Assembly: GCA_965601745.1 (NCBI GenBank) | Contig: OZ271836.1 | Coordinates: 2,147,222-2,211,221 of the forward strand | From: Alkalispirochaeta sp. | Lineage (GTDB): Bacteria > Spirochaetota > Spirochaetia > DSM-27196 > Alkalispirochaetaceae | Reading direction: 5' to 3' | DNA length: 64,000 nt | Shown here: one piece after another, positions 26,587-36,314 of the stretch | Layout: the number at the start of each line of letters is the position of its first letter | Numbering within the stretch: the first letter of the stretch is position 1 | The notes under the pieces: generated by a model | The model's input: the letters and a program-made list of their open reading frames with translations, nothing else | What the model was told of the DNA's origin: nothing | Databases searched by the model: none | Translations under genes and position numbers: made by a program

Positions 26587-28383
26587 CTAGACTTCGATGA
26601 GGTTCTCCATAATAAAATCACGACGCTCCGGCGTATTCTTTCCCATGTAGAACGACAAGGTCTCCTGAATACCTTTGATCGTCTTTACGTTCACGGGAAC
26701 GATGCGCATGTCGCTCCCGATAAACTGGGCGAACTCGCGCGGCGAGATCTCACCGAGCCCTTTGAACCGGGTCACCTCGGCGCCGCGTATCGCCGCAAGT
26801 GCCTCGTCGCGCTCGGCGATCGAGTAGCAATAGCGAGTCTCCGCCTTGTTGCGCACGCGAAATAGGGGTGTCTCCAGTATGTAGATATGGCCGGCGACCA
26901 CAAGCTCCTCAAAGTACTGAAGAAAAAACGTGAGGAGCAGGTTCCGGATGTGAAATCCGTCGTGATCGGCGTCCGTCGTAATAACGACTCGGTTGTACCG
27001 CAAGCCCTCGATATCCTCCTCGATACCTAGCGCCATCATCATATTGTAGAGCTCTTCGTTGCGGTAAATCTCACTCCGTTTGCGGGCAAACATATTTTGC
27101 GGTTTGCCACGCAGACTAAAAATCGCCTGCGTAAAGACATCGCGGGCACTCACCATGCTGCCCGTGGCCGAGTCTCCCTCGGTGATAAAGATCGTCGACT
27201 CCTCACCGCGGGGATCTCGGTCGCCGACGTGAAACTTGCAGTCTTTGAGTTTGGGTATTTTAAGAGCGATCTTTTTGGCGGCTTCTCGGCTCTCCTTGCG
27301 CACGGCGTTGAGCTCTTTTCGCAGTTTCTCGTTCTGAGCGATTTTTTTCTCGATCGTCTCGGCCGTTTTTTTATTGCGCAACAGAAAGTCCTCGACCGCG
27401 CTCCGCACTTCGGCGACGATCCATGACCGGACATCGGAGTTTCCGAGCTTGTTTTTTGTCTGCCCCTCAAACTGCGGGTCCTTGAGTCGTACGGCGATCG
27501 CGCCGGTTATACCCTCGCGTACGTCGTCTCCGGCGTAGTTTTTCTTGAAGAACTCGTTGACACCCTTGAGAAGACCCTCTCGAAAAGCGCTCTGGTGCGT
27601 CCCACCGTCGGAGGTGTACTGACCGTTTACAAACGAGAAATACGTTTGGCCGTAGTTACCGGTGTGGGTAAACGCAAACTCGAGGCGGTCGCCCCGATGA
27701 TGGGTGGGTTCGTACAGCGCCTCGGTCCCTACCTCGGCCGTAAGAAGGTCACGCAGACCGCCGGCCGAGTGTATTTTTTCGCCGTTGTAGTTAATCGTCA
27801 GCCCGGCGTTGAGATAGGCGTAATTCCAGAGGCGTTGAAGCAGAAAGTCCTCGTTGTAATGAAACTCGCCGAAGATCTCGGGGTCGGGACGAAACTGGAT
27901 ATACGTGCCGTTTTTATGTTTGGTGGTCGACCCTTTTTTCTGCTTCGTGAGCGCGCCGCGCTCGAATAACGCCTCGGCGTATTTGCCGTCGCGGACACTC
28001 ACGGCGTGAAACTGTTCGGAGAGCGCATTTACCGCTTTGGTACCGACACCGTTGAGGCCAACCGAAAACTGAAACACGTCGTCGTTGTATTTGGCACCGG
28101 TGTTGATTTTGCTAACCGCGTCGATGAGCTTACCAAGCGGTATACCCCGACCAAAATCGCGTACCGTAATCGTCTCGTCGTCGGCGCGTTTGATTTCGAT
28201 CTTCTTGCCGTGCCCCATAATAAACTCGTCGATCGCGTTGTCGACGATTTCCTTGAGGAGGATATAGATACCGTCTTCGAAATTGCTTCCATCGCCGAGG
28301 CGTCCGATGTACATCCCACTACGCAGGCGGATGTGCTCCAGGCTGGAAAGCGTCTTTATCGCGGATTCGTCGTAGCGCGCCAT
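26587..28383 (-). CDS. parE: Type IIA topoisomerase B subunit, ParE-like
   Basis: Start placed at ATG (complement 28381-28383, MARYDESAIKTLSSLEHIRLRSGMYIG). GHKL ATPase, Toprim EGDSA and PL(R/K)GK motifs. Confidence 0.88.
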   Translation of the reverse strand: MARYDESAIKTLSSLEHIRLRSGMYIGRLGDGSNFEDGIYILLKEIVDNAIDEFIMGHGKKIEIKRADDETITVRDFGRGIPLGKLIDAVSKINTGAKYNDDVFQFSVGLNGVGTKAVNALSEQFHAVSVRDGKYAEALFERGALTKQKKGSTTKHKNGTYIQFRPDPEIFGEFHYNEDFLLQRLWNYAYLNAGLTINYNGEKIHSAGGLRDLLTAEVGTEALYEPTHHRGDRLEFAFTHTGNYGQTYFSFVNGQYTSDGGTHQSAFREGLLKGVNEFFKKNYAGDDVREGITGAIAVRLKDPQFEGQTKNKLGNSDVRSWIVAEVRSAVEDFLLRNKKTAETIEKKIAQNEKLRKELNAVRKESREAAKKIALKIPKLKDCKFHVGDRDPRGEESTIFITEGDSATGSMVSARDVFTQAIFSLRGKPQNMFARKRSEIYRNEELYNMMMALGIEEDIEGLRYNRVVITTDADHDGFHIRNLLLTFFLQYFEELVVAGHIYILETPLFRVRNKAETRYCYSIAERDEALAAIRGAEVTRFKGLGEISPREFAQFIGSDMRIVPVNVKTIKGIQETLSFYMGKNTPERRDFIMENLIEV

Positions 28384-28432
28384 CGAGAAAACGATACCAC
28401 ACTTTGTGGCGACGATTAAGTACAATATAACC

Positions 28433-29533
28433 ATGGATCTAGCAAACCAGCACGAGGTCGACCTTCTTATCCTCGGTGGCGGAATCGCCGGTCTCGCCGC
28501 GCTGAGAACGGTGCTCGATCAGCGCTTTTCTTCGGCCCCACGGATTCTCCTCGTCGACAAAGGACGCCAGGTGGGTGGGCGTATGGCGCTGCGACGCCGT
28601 GGTGATGCGTCCTACGACACCGGCGCGCAGTTTTTTACCGCTCGTAGTCCGGCATTCGCCTCGACCGTCGAGCGAGCCGTGGCTGACGGCGTCGTGGTTG
28701 AGTGGTTTTCGGCGGCGGAATCCGTCTGGCGCGGGGTAAATGGAATGACAGACCTGCCCAAATGGCTCGCCGGCGGCATCCGAGCTGACGTTGAACAGAG
28801 TACGTCACCGGTTGAGATAGCGCTTGGAACACGAGTTGCGAGTCTGGCGCGTCGAATCGACGGCGAGGCCGGCTTTGTTGCGACGTTCGAGAAGGATCGG
28901 GGACCGGTAAACAGCGCGGCGGTTATCGCCAGTGCACCGGTACCGCAGCTCCTCGAATTGTCGAGCCCCGAAGTTATCTCCTCGCTCCCCGACGAGTTAC
29001 GGAACATCTCTTACGATCCCTGTCTCGTTTTGCTCATAGAGATCGACCAACCCGCGCCGGAGTGGTTGGGCGCCAACGGGATGGGCAGGATAAACGCGTT
29101 TGGGATCGACCTGATCGTCGACAACGTCGTCAAAGGTATCTCACCAAAGGCGCGCGGCGCGTGGACCGTCCATTTATCGGCCGAGATAAGCCAACTACAC
29201 TACGATCGCGACGATCGCGCGACAACCGTCGCCCTGGTCGATCACCTCGTCGACGCGTTGAGACACGCCTTTCCCGAATGGGCTCGTAGTGAATCGGGAA
29301 TTACCATAGTCGACGAGATCGCGAAATCTCCGAACACGGATAGAGTGCAACTCAAGAAATGGCGCTACGCGCGCCCGGCGACCTCGACGCCAAACCACTT
29401 TCTTTCCTCGGACCAGGGCGATTTCTACGTTATCGGTGACGCGTTTGGTGGTCCGCGGGTCGAAGGCGCCTATATCAGCGGTACTGAGGCCGCGGGGAAG
29501 TGGTGTCGCGTCTGGGAATCGGCCCCCGCTTGA
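28433..29533 (+). CDS. NAD(P)/FAD-dependent oxidoreductase (amine-oxidase/renalase-like fold)
   Basis: Dinucleotide-binding motif DLLILGGGIAGLAAL at the N-terminus. ATG 28433 is preferred over GTG 28406, which would overlap the parE 5' region. Confidence 0.75.
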   Translation: MDLANQHEVDLLILGGGIAGLAALRTVLDQRFSSAPRILLVDKGRQVGGRMALRRRGDASYDTGAQFFTARSPAFASTVERAVADGVVVEWFSAAESVWRGVNGMTDLPKWLAGGIRADVEQSTSPVEIALGTRVASLARRIDGEAGFVATFEKDRGPVNSAAVIASAPVPQLLELSSPEVISSLPDELRNISYDPCLVLLIEIDQPAPEWLGANGMGRINAFGIDLIVDNVVKGISPKARGAWTVHLSAEISQLHYDRDDRATTVALVDHLVDALRHAFPEWARSESGITIVDEIAKSPNTDRVQLKKWRYARPATSTPNHFLSSDQGDFYVIGDAFGGPRVEGAYISGTEAAGKWCRVWESAPA

Positions 29534-29547
29534 ACTACAATTAGATC

Positions 29548-29982
29548 GTGAGCTTGGCAAAGCGACTGTCGTGCATTCTGGGATTCCTCATATTGGTTTT
29601 TACCGGATGCGCGACGTCGAGTGCGCCGTCGACCGCAACCGATCAATCCGCGGTACCAATCGGCGACGCAAGCGCCGTACCGGAAACCGCCGCCGAGGAC
29701 GAACCAACGTTTCGCGTTACCGAAGATTACTGGGTAGAAACGCCGTGGTTCGGCGTCAGTTCTATCGTTCTCAAGGTAGGACGCACCTCTCCGGAAACGA
29801 CGATCGTGCTCCCTGAATCGTCGGTTATGCGTGACTATATGCGCGACGAGGCGGGTGTCGTCATCGGAGACTCTTTTGAAGGTCGTTCGGATCAGTTTCT
29901 CTTGAGTCTGGGATTTCAACTCGACGACAAGCCCGCGTTTATCGAAGAAGCGCGGATTAGACAATCCTTTATTTACGAATAA
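29548..29982 (+). CDS. Hypothetical lipoprotein
   Basis: 144 aa, signal plus lipobox ILVFTGCAT. GTG start. Confidence 0.6.
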   Translation: MSLAKRLSCILGFLILVFTGCATSSAPSTATDQSAVPIGDASAVPETAAEDEPTFRVTEDYWVETPWFGVSSIVLKVGRTSPETTIVLPESSVMRDYMRDEAGVVIGDSFEGRSDQFLLSLGFQLDDKPAFIEEARIRQSFIYE

Positions 29983-30012
29983 CGAATCATCTCGTCGCTC
30001 TGGTCGAGACCG

Positions 30013-31482
30013 CTACTGATGGCGCCAAAACCGAGCCGTAAAAAGAATAAGCACGGTGTAGATCTCAAGACGCCCGAGCATCATGACAAAGCTAAGGTAC
30101 ACTTTGAGCCAGTCGGGGAAAAAGGCGTAGTTGAGCGTCGGTCCGATCGAGCCAAAACCGGGGCCGATGTTTCCGAGAGTAACCAGCGCCGTAGATATCG
30201 AGGTGAGTATGTCGTTATCGGCGGCGGCAACGACGATCGTCGTCAGTATAAGAATCATCATGTACAGCATGACAAAACCGCTGATCACGTACACGATATC
30301 CTTTTTTAAGCGCTCGCCGTTTATTCGAATGGCAAACACACCTTTTGGGTAGATGAGATAGCGCATCTCGTTCCAACCCTGTTTTGCGAGCGTCACGATG
30401 CGAATCACCTTGATCCCGCCGCCGGTCGATCCACTGCAGCCACCGATAAACATTATCGCGAAGAGGATAATCTGCGCGGCAGCAGGCCATATCGCAAAAT
30501 CGTCGGTAGCATATCCGGTGGTCGTGAGGATGCTGGCCACCTGAAACGCCGCGTACCGCAGACTCTCACCAAAGGCAAAAAACCGTCGCCCGTGGAGCGC
30601 GATCGCGGTCACGAGTGTCGCGACGGCGAATACCGAGAGGTATACGCGCAATTCGGTGTCGCGGAGCACTGAGTTAAACCGTCCGAGGATTATGCGGTGG
30701 TACATGACAAAGTTGACTCCCGCGAGAACCATAAAGACGGTGATAACCACGTCGATATACGCCGAGTTGTAGGCGCCGACGCTTGCGTTGCGCGGCGAAA
30801 AGCCTCCCGTGGCCATCGTGCCAAAGGTGTGGGTTGTCGCCTCAAAAAGGTCCATACCGCCGATGAGGAGCAGAAGAGTTTCGAGGACGCTCAGCGCAAC
30901 GTAGGAAAGCCATAAGATCTTGGCGGTTTCGGTGATCTTAGGGGCGAGTTTGTCGACACGCGGTCCCGGCGCCTCAGCACGAATTAACTGTAATCCACCG
31001 ATTCCGAGAAGCGGGAGAATCGCCACGGTCAGAACGATGATTCCCATCCCACCGAGCCAGTGGGTAAGTGAGCGCCAAAAGAGGATCGCCCGCGGCAGGG
31101 ATTCAATTTCGGTAAGTATCGACGCCCCCGTCGTCGTAAAGCCGCTCATCGTCTCAAAAAAGGCGTCGGCGAAGTTCGGGATGGCACCGGAAATGGTAAA
31201 CGGGAGCGCTCCGACAAACGATGCCAGAACCCATCCGGCGCTCACGAGGAGAAAACCGTCGCGACTCGAGAGGCCTCCGACCTCGCCCCGTGTAACAACG
31301 ATCAAGATCGCGGAAACAACGACGGTTGCGCCGAAAGGCACGAGAAACGCCCAGACGAGTTCGGCCTCCCCGTCAACGAGAGCCCACAGTGAGGAGAGCG
31401 CCATAAGGACAGACACGATGATCATAAGGAACGCGAGAACCCGAAGGATAAGACGAACGTTAATCACCGCGAATCGCCTCAA
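30013..31482 (-). CDS. trkH: Trk-type potassium uptake protein, membrane subunit
   Basis: 489 aa polytopic protein with repeated TrkH selectivity-filter-like segments (TTTGAS, MATGGF, TTTGYA, GSTGGGIK). TTGA overlap with trkA. Confidence 0.9.
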   Translation of the reverse strand: MRRFAVINVRLILRVLAFLMIIVSVLMALSSLWALVDGEAELVWAFLVPFGATVVVSAILIVVTRGEVGGLSSRDGFLLVSAGWVLASFVGALPFTISGAIPNFADAFFETMSGFTTTGASILTEIESLPRAILFWRSLTHWLGGMGIIVLTVAILPLLGIGGLQLIRAEAPGPRVDKLAPKITETAKILWLSYVALSVLETLLLLIGGMDLFEATTHTFGTMATGGFSPRNASVGAYNSAYIDVVITVFMVLAGVNFVMYHRIILGRFNSVLRDTELRVYLSVFAVATLVTAIALHGRRFFAFGESLRYAAFQVASILTTTGYATDDFAIWPAAAQIILFAIMFIGGCSGSTGGGIKVIRIVTLAKQGWNEMRYLIYPKGVFAIRINGERLKKDIVYVISGFVMLYMMILILTTIVVAAADNDILTSISTALVTLGNIGPGFGSIGPTLNYAFFPDWLKVYLSFVMMLGRLEIYTVLILFTARFWRHQ

Positions 31483-32873
31483 TCCATAAACGTACGTTGG
31501 ATGCGGTCGGCGTGCTCTTTCTTGGCGATCACGATCAGATGATCCTCGGCGCGGATGATGTTGTCGCCCCGGGGAACGAGTCCCATTCCATCGCGTTCAA
31601 GCGAAACGATGAGTGCATCACGGGGTAGCGGTAGTTCGCTAATCGAGCAGCCCACCGCCCGACTGCCGATCCGGACGGTCAACTCGATCGCTTCTATCCC
31701 ACCGTCCGAGATCGTGTGGACGCTATGTACGGCGCCGCTGCGAATAAACCGCAAGATACTCGTTACCATCGCGTTTTTCTGACTGACCGGAACGTCGACG
31801 CCGAGCTGGGCGGCAATCGGCGCGTAACTCGCTCGATTTACGAGTACGATCGTTCGCGAGACGCCCAGGCTTTTGGCATAGAGCGCGGTCACGATGTTGA
31901 GCTCCTGGTTGTCGGTCGCGGCGATCATCAAATCCGCGTTGGCAAAATGCTCTTCCTCGTAGACGCCGTCGGCGGAGATATCGGCGTTGATCACCAGCGC
32001 ATCGGGCAACTCCTCCGACAGCGCCCGACATCGTGCTTTGTCGCGGTCGACAATCTTGACTTCGCGGAGCTGTTGTCCGCGGAGTCGTTTAGCAAAGCGA
32101 TGAAAGAGCGTTGTCGGTGCGTCGGTGAGAAGTGATCGGGCGATTTGGCGTCCGATTCGGCCGGCGCCGATAATAAGGACACGCCGCAGCGGTTTGCGCG
32201 ATTTACCCAGTGTTTCAAAAATCGATTCGAAGTCTATCTCGTTGGCGACGATGTAGATGATGTCGCCGGCCTCGAGGATAAAATCTCCCGCCGGAACGAT
32301 GTAGCGATTTGCCCGAATAACAACGGTGACGAGAAATGATCCCGGAAGCAGGTGCGACAGCTCCTCGAGCTTGCGACCGGCGAGCGGACCTTCGCGCTCA
32401 ACGACGGCCGTCCGTATCTGGACGCTTGATCGCGCAAATGTCATCACGTCGCTCGTCGCGCCGGCCTCGATCGAGCGCATAATCGCCAGGGCCGCTTCGG
32501 TCTCGGAGTTGACGATGTAATCGATTCCGAGAAATCGCTTGTCACCGAGTCGCGTATTGTCGTAGTCAAAGCTCCGGACACGCGCGACTTTGGCTTTAAC
32601 CGGGAACTCCGCGGAAACCACGCCACACGCGATCATATTGACCTCGTCTGAATCGGTCGCCGCGACAAAAAAATCAGCGGTCTCCGTTCCCGCTTGCCGC
32701 AGAATATCGAGGTTTGTCCCCTCGCCCGTTACGACCAAGCAATCGAGAGAGTTTGAAACCTGAGCCGCTACCTCCGGATTCTTCTCGATTAGCACCACGT
32801 TCCGTTTCTCGGCGATCAGCTGTTTGGCCAGCTGATAACCGACGGCACCGGCACCCACGATCACCGCCTTCAT
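31479..32873 (-). CDS. trkA: Trk system NAD-binding subunit
   Basis: Start set at MKAVIVGAGAVGYQLAK (complement 32871-32873). Two RCK_N Rossmann motifs (second: VLIIGAGRIGRQIA). Confidence 0.9.
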   Translation of the reverse strand: MKAVIVGAGAVGYQLAKQLIAEKRNVVLIEKNPEVAAQVSNSLDCLVVTGEGTNLDILRQAGTETADFFVAATDSDEVNMIACGVVSAEFPVKAKVARVRSFDYDNTRLGDKRFLGIDYIVNSETEAALAIMRSIEAGATSDVMTFARSSVQIRTAVVEREGPLAGRKLEELSHLLPGSFLVTVVIRANRYIVPAGDFILEAGDIIYIVANEIDFESIFETLGKSRKPLRRVLIIGAGRIGRQIARSLLTDAPTTLFHRFAKRLRGQQLREVKIVDRDKARCRALSEELPDALVINADISADGVYEEEHFANADLMIAATDNQELNIVTALYAKSLGVSRTIVLVNRASYAPIAAQLGVDVPVSQKNAMVTSILRFIRSGAVHSVHTISDGGIEAIELTVRIGSRAVGCSISELPLPRDALIVSLERDGMGLVPRGDNIIRAEDHLIVIAKKEHADRIQRTFMD

Positions 32874-32963
32874 TGCGAGTCGGTTATACCACCGTGCGGA
32901 TGCGGTGTCAAACAAGCGATCCTGCCCGCGCTTGAAGCGAGGTGGCAAAATCCCTACATTTAT

Positions 32964-33278
32964 ATGGTGGGCAGAGCAACAGACTCCGTTGAGTACAACC
33001 AAGTAAGCGGCGAGCACAACGATCACGATACTATCGTGTACTCGCTTTCGACCTGCGCGTTTTGTCGCCGAGCGATAGAATATCTCAAATCAAAGAACGT
33101 ACAGTTTCGGTACGCACATCTCGACCAATTTGACGTTGATACCAAACGATCGGTCAAGCGAGAGCTTGCCGAACGCTTTGACAACATCGTTGTTTTCCCG
33201 ATTCTTGTTGTGGACGATCAAAAAGCGTACTCGGGATTTACCGAGTCGGTCTGGGCTCGGGCCCTCGACATCGAATAG
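32964..33278 (+). CDS. Glutaredoxin-like protein (CAFC active site)
   Basis: 104 aa, TIVYSLSTCAFCRRAIEYLK... thioredoxin-fold signature. Confidence 0.7.
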   Translation: MVGRATDSVEYNQVSGEHNDHDTIVYSLSTCAFCRRAIEYLKSKNVQFRYAHLDQFDVDTKRSVKRELAERFDNIVVFPILVVDDQKAYSGFTESVWARALDIE

Positions 33279-33280
33279 TT

Positions 33281-33613
33281 GTGAACGACCAACGCGGCCG
33301 CAGCGTAGAGCAGACGTTGAATTTCGTACAAAAAGCAGCGGCGCACTACGGATGGAAAGAAAATCCCGATAGTTCATTTGTTCAGTCGATCGCCGAGGGG
33401 CTGACAACCAACGTGAACCGGTATGGATACTACCTTTGCCCCTGTCGAGACGGTGACGGCGACCGCAAAACGGACGCAGACATCGTATGCCCCTGTGCGT
33501 ATGCGGCGGCTGACATCACCGAGTACGGGCAGTGTTTTTGCGGACTCTTCCTCGCCAAATCAAACAACGGCACTGCGGTCACGCAAATTCCGGAACGCCG
33601 CGGAGTGATCTAA
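33281..33613 (+). CDS. Ferredoxin:thioredoxin reductase catalytic-subunit homologue
   Basis: 110 aa. CPC-x14-CPC-x12-CFC cysteine pattern (YYLCPCRDGDGDRKTDADIVCPCAYAAADITEYGQCFC). GTG start 2 nt after the Grx-like stop. Confidence 0.75.
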   Translation: MNDQRGRSVEQTLNFVQKAAAHYGWKENPDSSFVQSIAEGLTTNVNRYGYYLCPCRDGDGDRKTDADIVCPCAYAAADITEYGQCFCGLFLAKSNNGTAVTQIPERRGVI

Positions 33614-33975
33614 GTCCGCTCTCGCTCGCCGACAACGCCTAATTGCTTTACCAGCGTACCCGCGACGAGGCGCCGCATGGCGTCAACTTGAGGTGATAGG
33701 ACATGCCAGATCGCGAGCACATCGGGGTAGTTCTGCGCTCGTCCCGCTGACTCAAGATCGTTTGCGACAACGACCAGATCGACCCGCCGCAGCGTTGCGA
33801 AATAACCGGCCAATCGATGCGCTCCATCCACGATGTCGGCAAACGGGCTGCGCTGATCGGCGACGAGGAGATCGAGGCGGTGATGTTGTTGCCGCAGCCC
33901 CTCCTCGGCGAGGACGAGGAGTTCACGGCGAAGCTCGGGTTCATCGCCGTACACGGTCAGAAACTCGCGAAGCAC
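33610..33975 (-). CDS. Stand-alone Hpt (histidine phosphotransfer) domain protein
   Basis: GTG start (complement 33973-33975) placed just after the upstream stop. Four-helix-type sequence with DGAHRLAGYFATL (HxxKG-like phospho-His motif). Confidence 0.6.
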   Translation of the reverse strand: MLREFLTVYGDEPELRRELLVLAEEGLRQQHHRLDLLVADQRSPFADIVDGAHRLAGYFATLRRVDLVVVANDLESAGRAQNYPDVLAIWHVLSPQVDAMRRLVAGTLVKQLGVVGERERT

Positions 33976-33977
33976 AC

Positions 33978-35051
33978 TCACAATCCGTCGGCTCGGGCGA
34001 CAAGTGATTTTGCTCGTTCGACAAAGCGATCGATGAGACTCTCCTCGGTATCCCAAGACATCATCAGGCGAACCATTCCGCGCGGCGCGTCCCAGACGTA
34101 AAACGAGAACTCTTCTCGCAGCGGAGCGATTACGTTCGGCGGTAATTCGGCAAAAACACCGTTGGCCTCCACCGGGTAAGCGACGTGTACTCCATCGATC
34201 TTCTGAAGCTCGTCGCTCAGGGTGCGTGCTCTGGTATTGGCGCGTAGGGCGTTCTTGTACCAGATACCGTCGTTGAGATACGGAATAAACTGTCCCGACA
34301 GGTAGCGCATTTTAGAGTTCAGCTGGGTCGATTGCTTGCGAAAAAACCTGGCGGCCTCGAGACCCCGGCCGGTGAGAAACACAACGGCCTCGCCAAACAG
34401 AAGACCGTTTTTAGTCGCGCCAAACGAGAGGACATCCACGCCGGTACACACCTCGCGCATCGCCTCTTCCGGCGTGAGCTCACGCCCCGCATCGCGTTGT
34501 GCTTCGCGATGAGATACCGCCGCGTTGGCGACGCGGGCACCGTCCATCTGAATCGCCAGCTTGCCGTCGGCGGCGACGTCACAAATCGCGGCGATCTCAT
34601 CGGGACGGTAGACCGTTCCGACCTCGGTGCACTGCGTGAGGGCGACAACATTTGGTTGATTTGTGTGCTCAAAACCGAGGCGCGGCAAGAACTTGGCTAC
34701 GTCGTCGGGACGAAGCTTTCCGTCGTCTCGCTCGACCGGGAGAAGCTTAAACCCGCCGATCGCCTCGGGCGCCCCGCCCTCGTCCTCGTTGATATGCGCC
34801 ATCTCGGTGCAAATTACCGCTTGCCACGGTTGGGCAAGTGCGCGTAGCCCCGTGACGTTGGCTCCCGTACCGTTGTAGACAAATAAGACCTCGCAGTCGC
34901 GATTAAAAAGCGTTTGGATCGCTTCAACCGCCTGTCGCGTCGTCGCATCATCGCCGTAGGCGATCTCGTGATCGCTTCCGAGCGAGGCGAGATATTTGAG
35001 GACGCGAGGATGCGCGGGAGACGCGTTGTCGCTTGCAAAATACTGATTCAT
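33978..35051 (-). CDS. ltaE: Threonine aldolase-family PLP enzyme (beta-eliminating lyase fold)
   Basis: 357 aa, FASDNASPAHPRV..., PLP-lysine context SFGATKNG. Confidence 0.85.
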   Translation of the reverse strand: MNQYFASDNASPAHPRVLKYLASLGSDHEIAYGDDATTRQAVEAIQTLFNRDCEVLFVYNGTGANVTGLRALAQPWQAVICTEMAHINEDEGGAPEAIGGFKLLPVERDDGKLRPDDVAKFLPRLGFEHTNQPNVVALTQCTEVGTVYRPDEIAAICDVAADGKLAIQMDGARVANAAVSHREAQRDAGRELTPEEAMREVCTGVDVLSFGATKNGLLFGEAVVFLTGRGLEAARFFRKQSTQLNSKMRYLSGQFIPYLNDGIWYKNALRANTRARTLSDELQKIDGVHVAYPVEANGVFAELPPNVIAPLREEFSFYVWDAPRGMVRLMMSWDTEESLIDRFVERAKSLVARADGL

Positions 35052-36277
35052 GAATCGCCCCCGTTGAGATTCTCAAAATCGGCCGCAAGCGCGTCCACGG
35101 CCGGGTGGTCAGGATCAAGATCATTGGCCATCCGAAAATCGGCGGTCGCCGCCTCGATATCGCCGAGGTCGCGGTACAGGCGGGCCCGCGCGACCCGTGA
35201 TTCGATGTGATACGGATCGTACTCGAGACAACGCGAGAAATCAGCGAGCGCCGCGTCGGTTTCCTTTTTTGCCCGTCGTACCACCCCTCGATAGTAGTAA
35301 GCTTTGGTCGTCTGGGGCGAAAACCGAATCGTTACCGAGAAATCATCGATTGCGCCGTCCGCGTCGCCCATCGCAAACCGCGCCATTCCGCGGTGGGTGT
35401 GGATAATCGCGGCGATGTACTCACTCGGCTGGTAGGCCAGAATATCGGAGTAAATATGCTCGGCGGTCTCGTAGTCCTTCTGGTTGTGCGCCTGAAGCGC
35501 CTGTATCAACATCACGTCGATCGTATCGCTGCCGGTCTCGATCATCTCCGGGTCGCCGTCGGGAGCGCCTGTGTCGATCTCGACGTCTATCGCGGGGTTC
35601 TCGCCGAGTTCGGACCAGAACGTTTCGCGCCGACGCATGAGCTTTCGTTGTAACGAACGCTGGTAGTCGCGGATCTCCTGGAAAATGATGTCGGAGAGGG
35701 TGAGGTTGGCGTTGAGAGCCGAGAGTTTTCGTCGAAGCCGCTGATCGAGCGGTGTGAGATCGGCCTTGTAGACCAACTCGTGCTCTACTTCGGCCCAGGC
35801 GTCCTGAAGGATCGTGCGAATTTGCACCTCGCATACCCAGCTCCCCGCGAGGTGGAAACCATCGCGAATATCCTCGGGGATGTCGATCAGCAGGTGGACC
35901 GAGGAATACCCGAACTCGTGATAGCCGAGATTTGAACCTTTGCGCTCAACCTCACGCACTGTGAATGACGCGTGAAGGGCGCTCTCGATCGCCTGTATCT
36001 CCTCCATAAACGGACAGACGATCCGAATACCCATAAGATCGGTAATCTCGATCGCTTCGCCCGACTCGAGTTCGCGAGATCGACGCAGGAGCTTCTCGTA
36101 ATAGCTGTCAAACGATTTAATCCGGTACTTGAGCGTCGGTCGGACGTCGTTTTTACGCACCGCGGAACCGATTCGCCGTTGCATCTCGTGGAGCGCTTTG
36201 TCGAGTATCACCGCGTGCTGCTCGTACTGCTTCTCAAGCGTCCGCCGCGAGGCAACCGGTAGAACCTGTCGGAACAT
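35048..36277 (-). CDS. Small alarmone synthetase (RelA/SpoT synthetase domain) fused to C-terminal TPR repeats
   Basis: Start at ATG (complement 36275-36277, MFRQVLP...). Synthetase motifs are present (YRIKSFDSYYEKL, DLMGIRIV, EVQIRTILQDAWAEVEHE). TPR repeats in the C-terminal ~170 aa. The upstream 158 codons of ORF 35048..36751 overlap the permease gene and are discarded. Confidence 0.85.
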   Translation of the reverse strand: MFRQVLPVASRRTLEKQYEQHAVILDKALHEMQRRIGSAVRKNDVRPTLKYRIKSFDSYYEKLLRRSRELESGEAIEITDLMGIRIVCPFMEEIQAIESALHASFTVREVERKGSNLGYHEFGYSSVHLLIDIPEDIRDGFHLAGSWVCEVQIRTILQDAWAEVEHELVYKADLTPLDQRLRRKLSALNANLTLSDIIFQEIRDYQRSLQRKLMRRRETFWSELGENPAIDVEIDTGAPDGDPEMIETGSDTIDVMLIQALQAHNQKDYETAEHIYSDILAYQPSEYIAAIIHTHRGMARFAMGDADGAIDDFSVTIRFSPQTTKAYYYRGVVRRAKKETDAALADFSRCLEYDPYHIESRVARARLYRDLGDIEAATADFRMANDLDPDHPAVDALAADFENLNGGDS

Positions 36278-36314
36278 CTTGCGGATTATAGCATACCTCC
36301 GGTATCGTGCGGAG

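Noticed and set aside
28421-28435. TACAAT located 6 nt upstream of ATG 28433, suggesting a leaderless mRNA for the FAD oxidoreductase.
   Set aside because: The alternative GTG at 28406 cannot be excluded, and a single -10-like hexamer is weak evidence.
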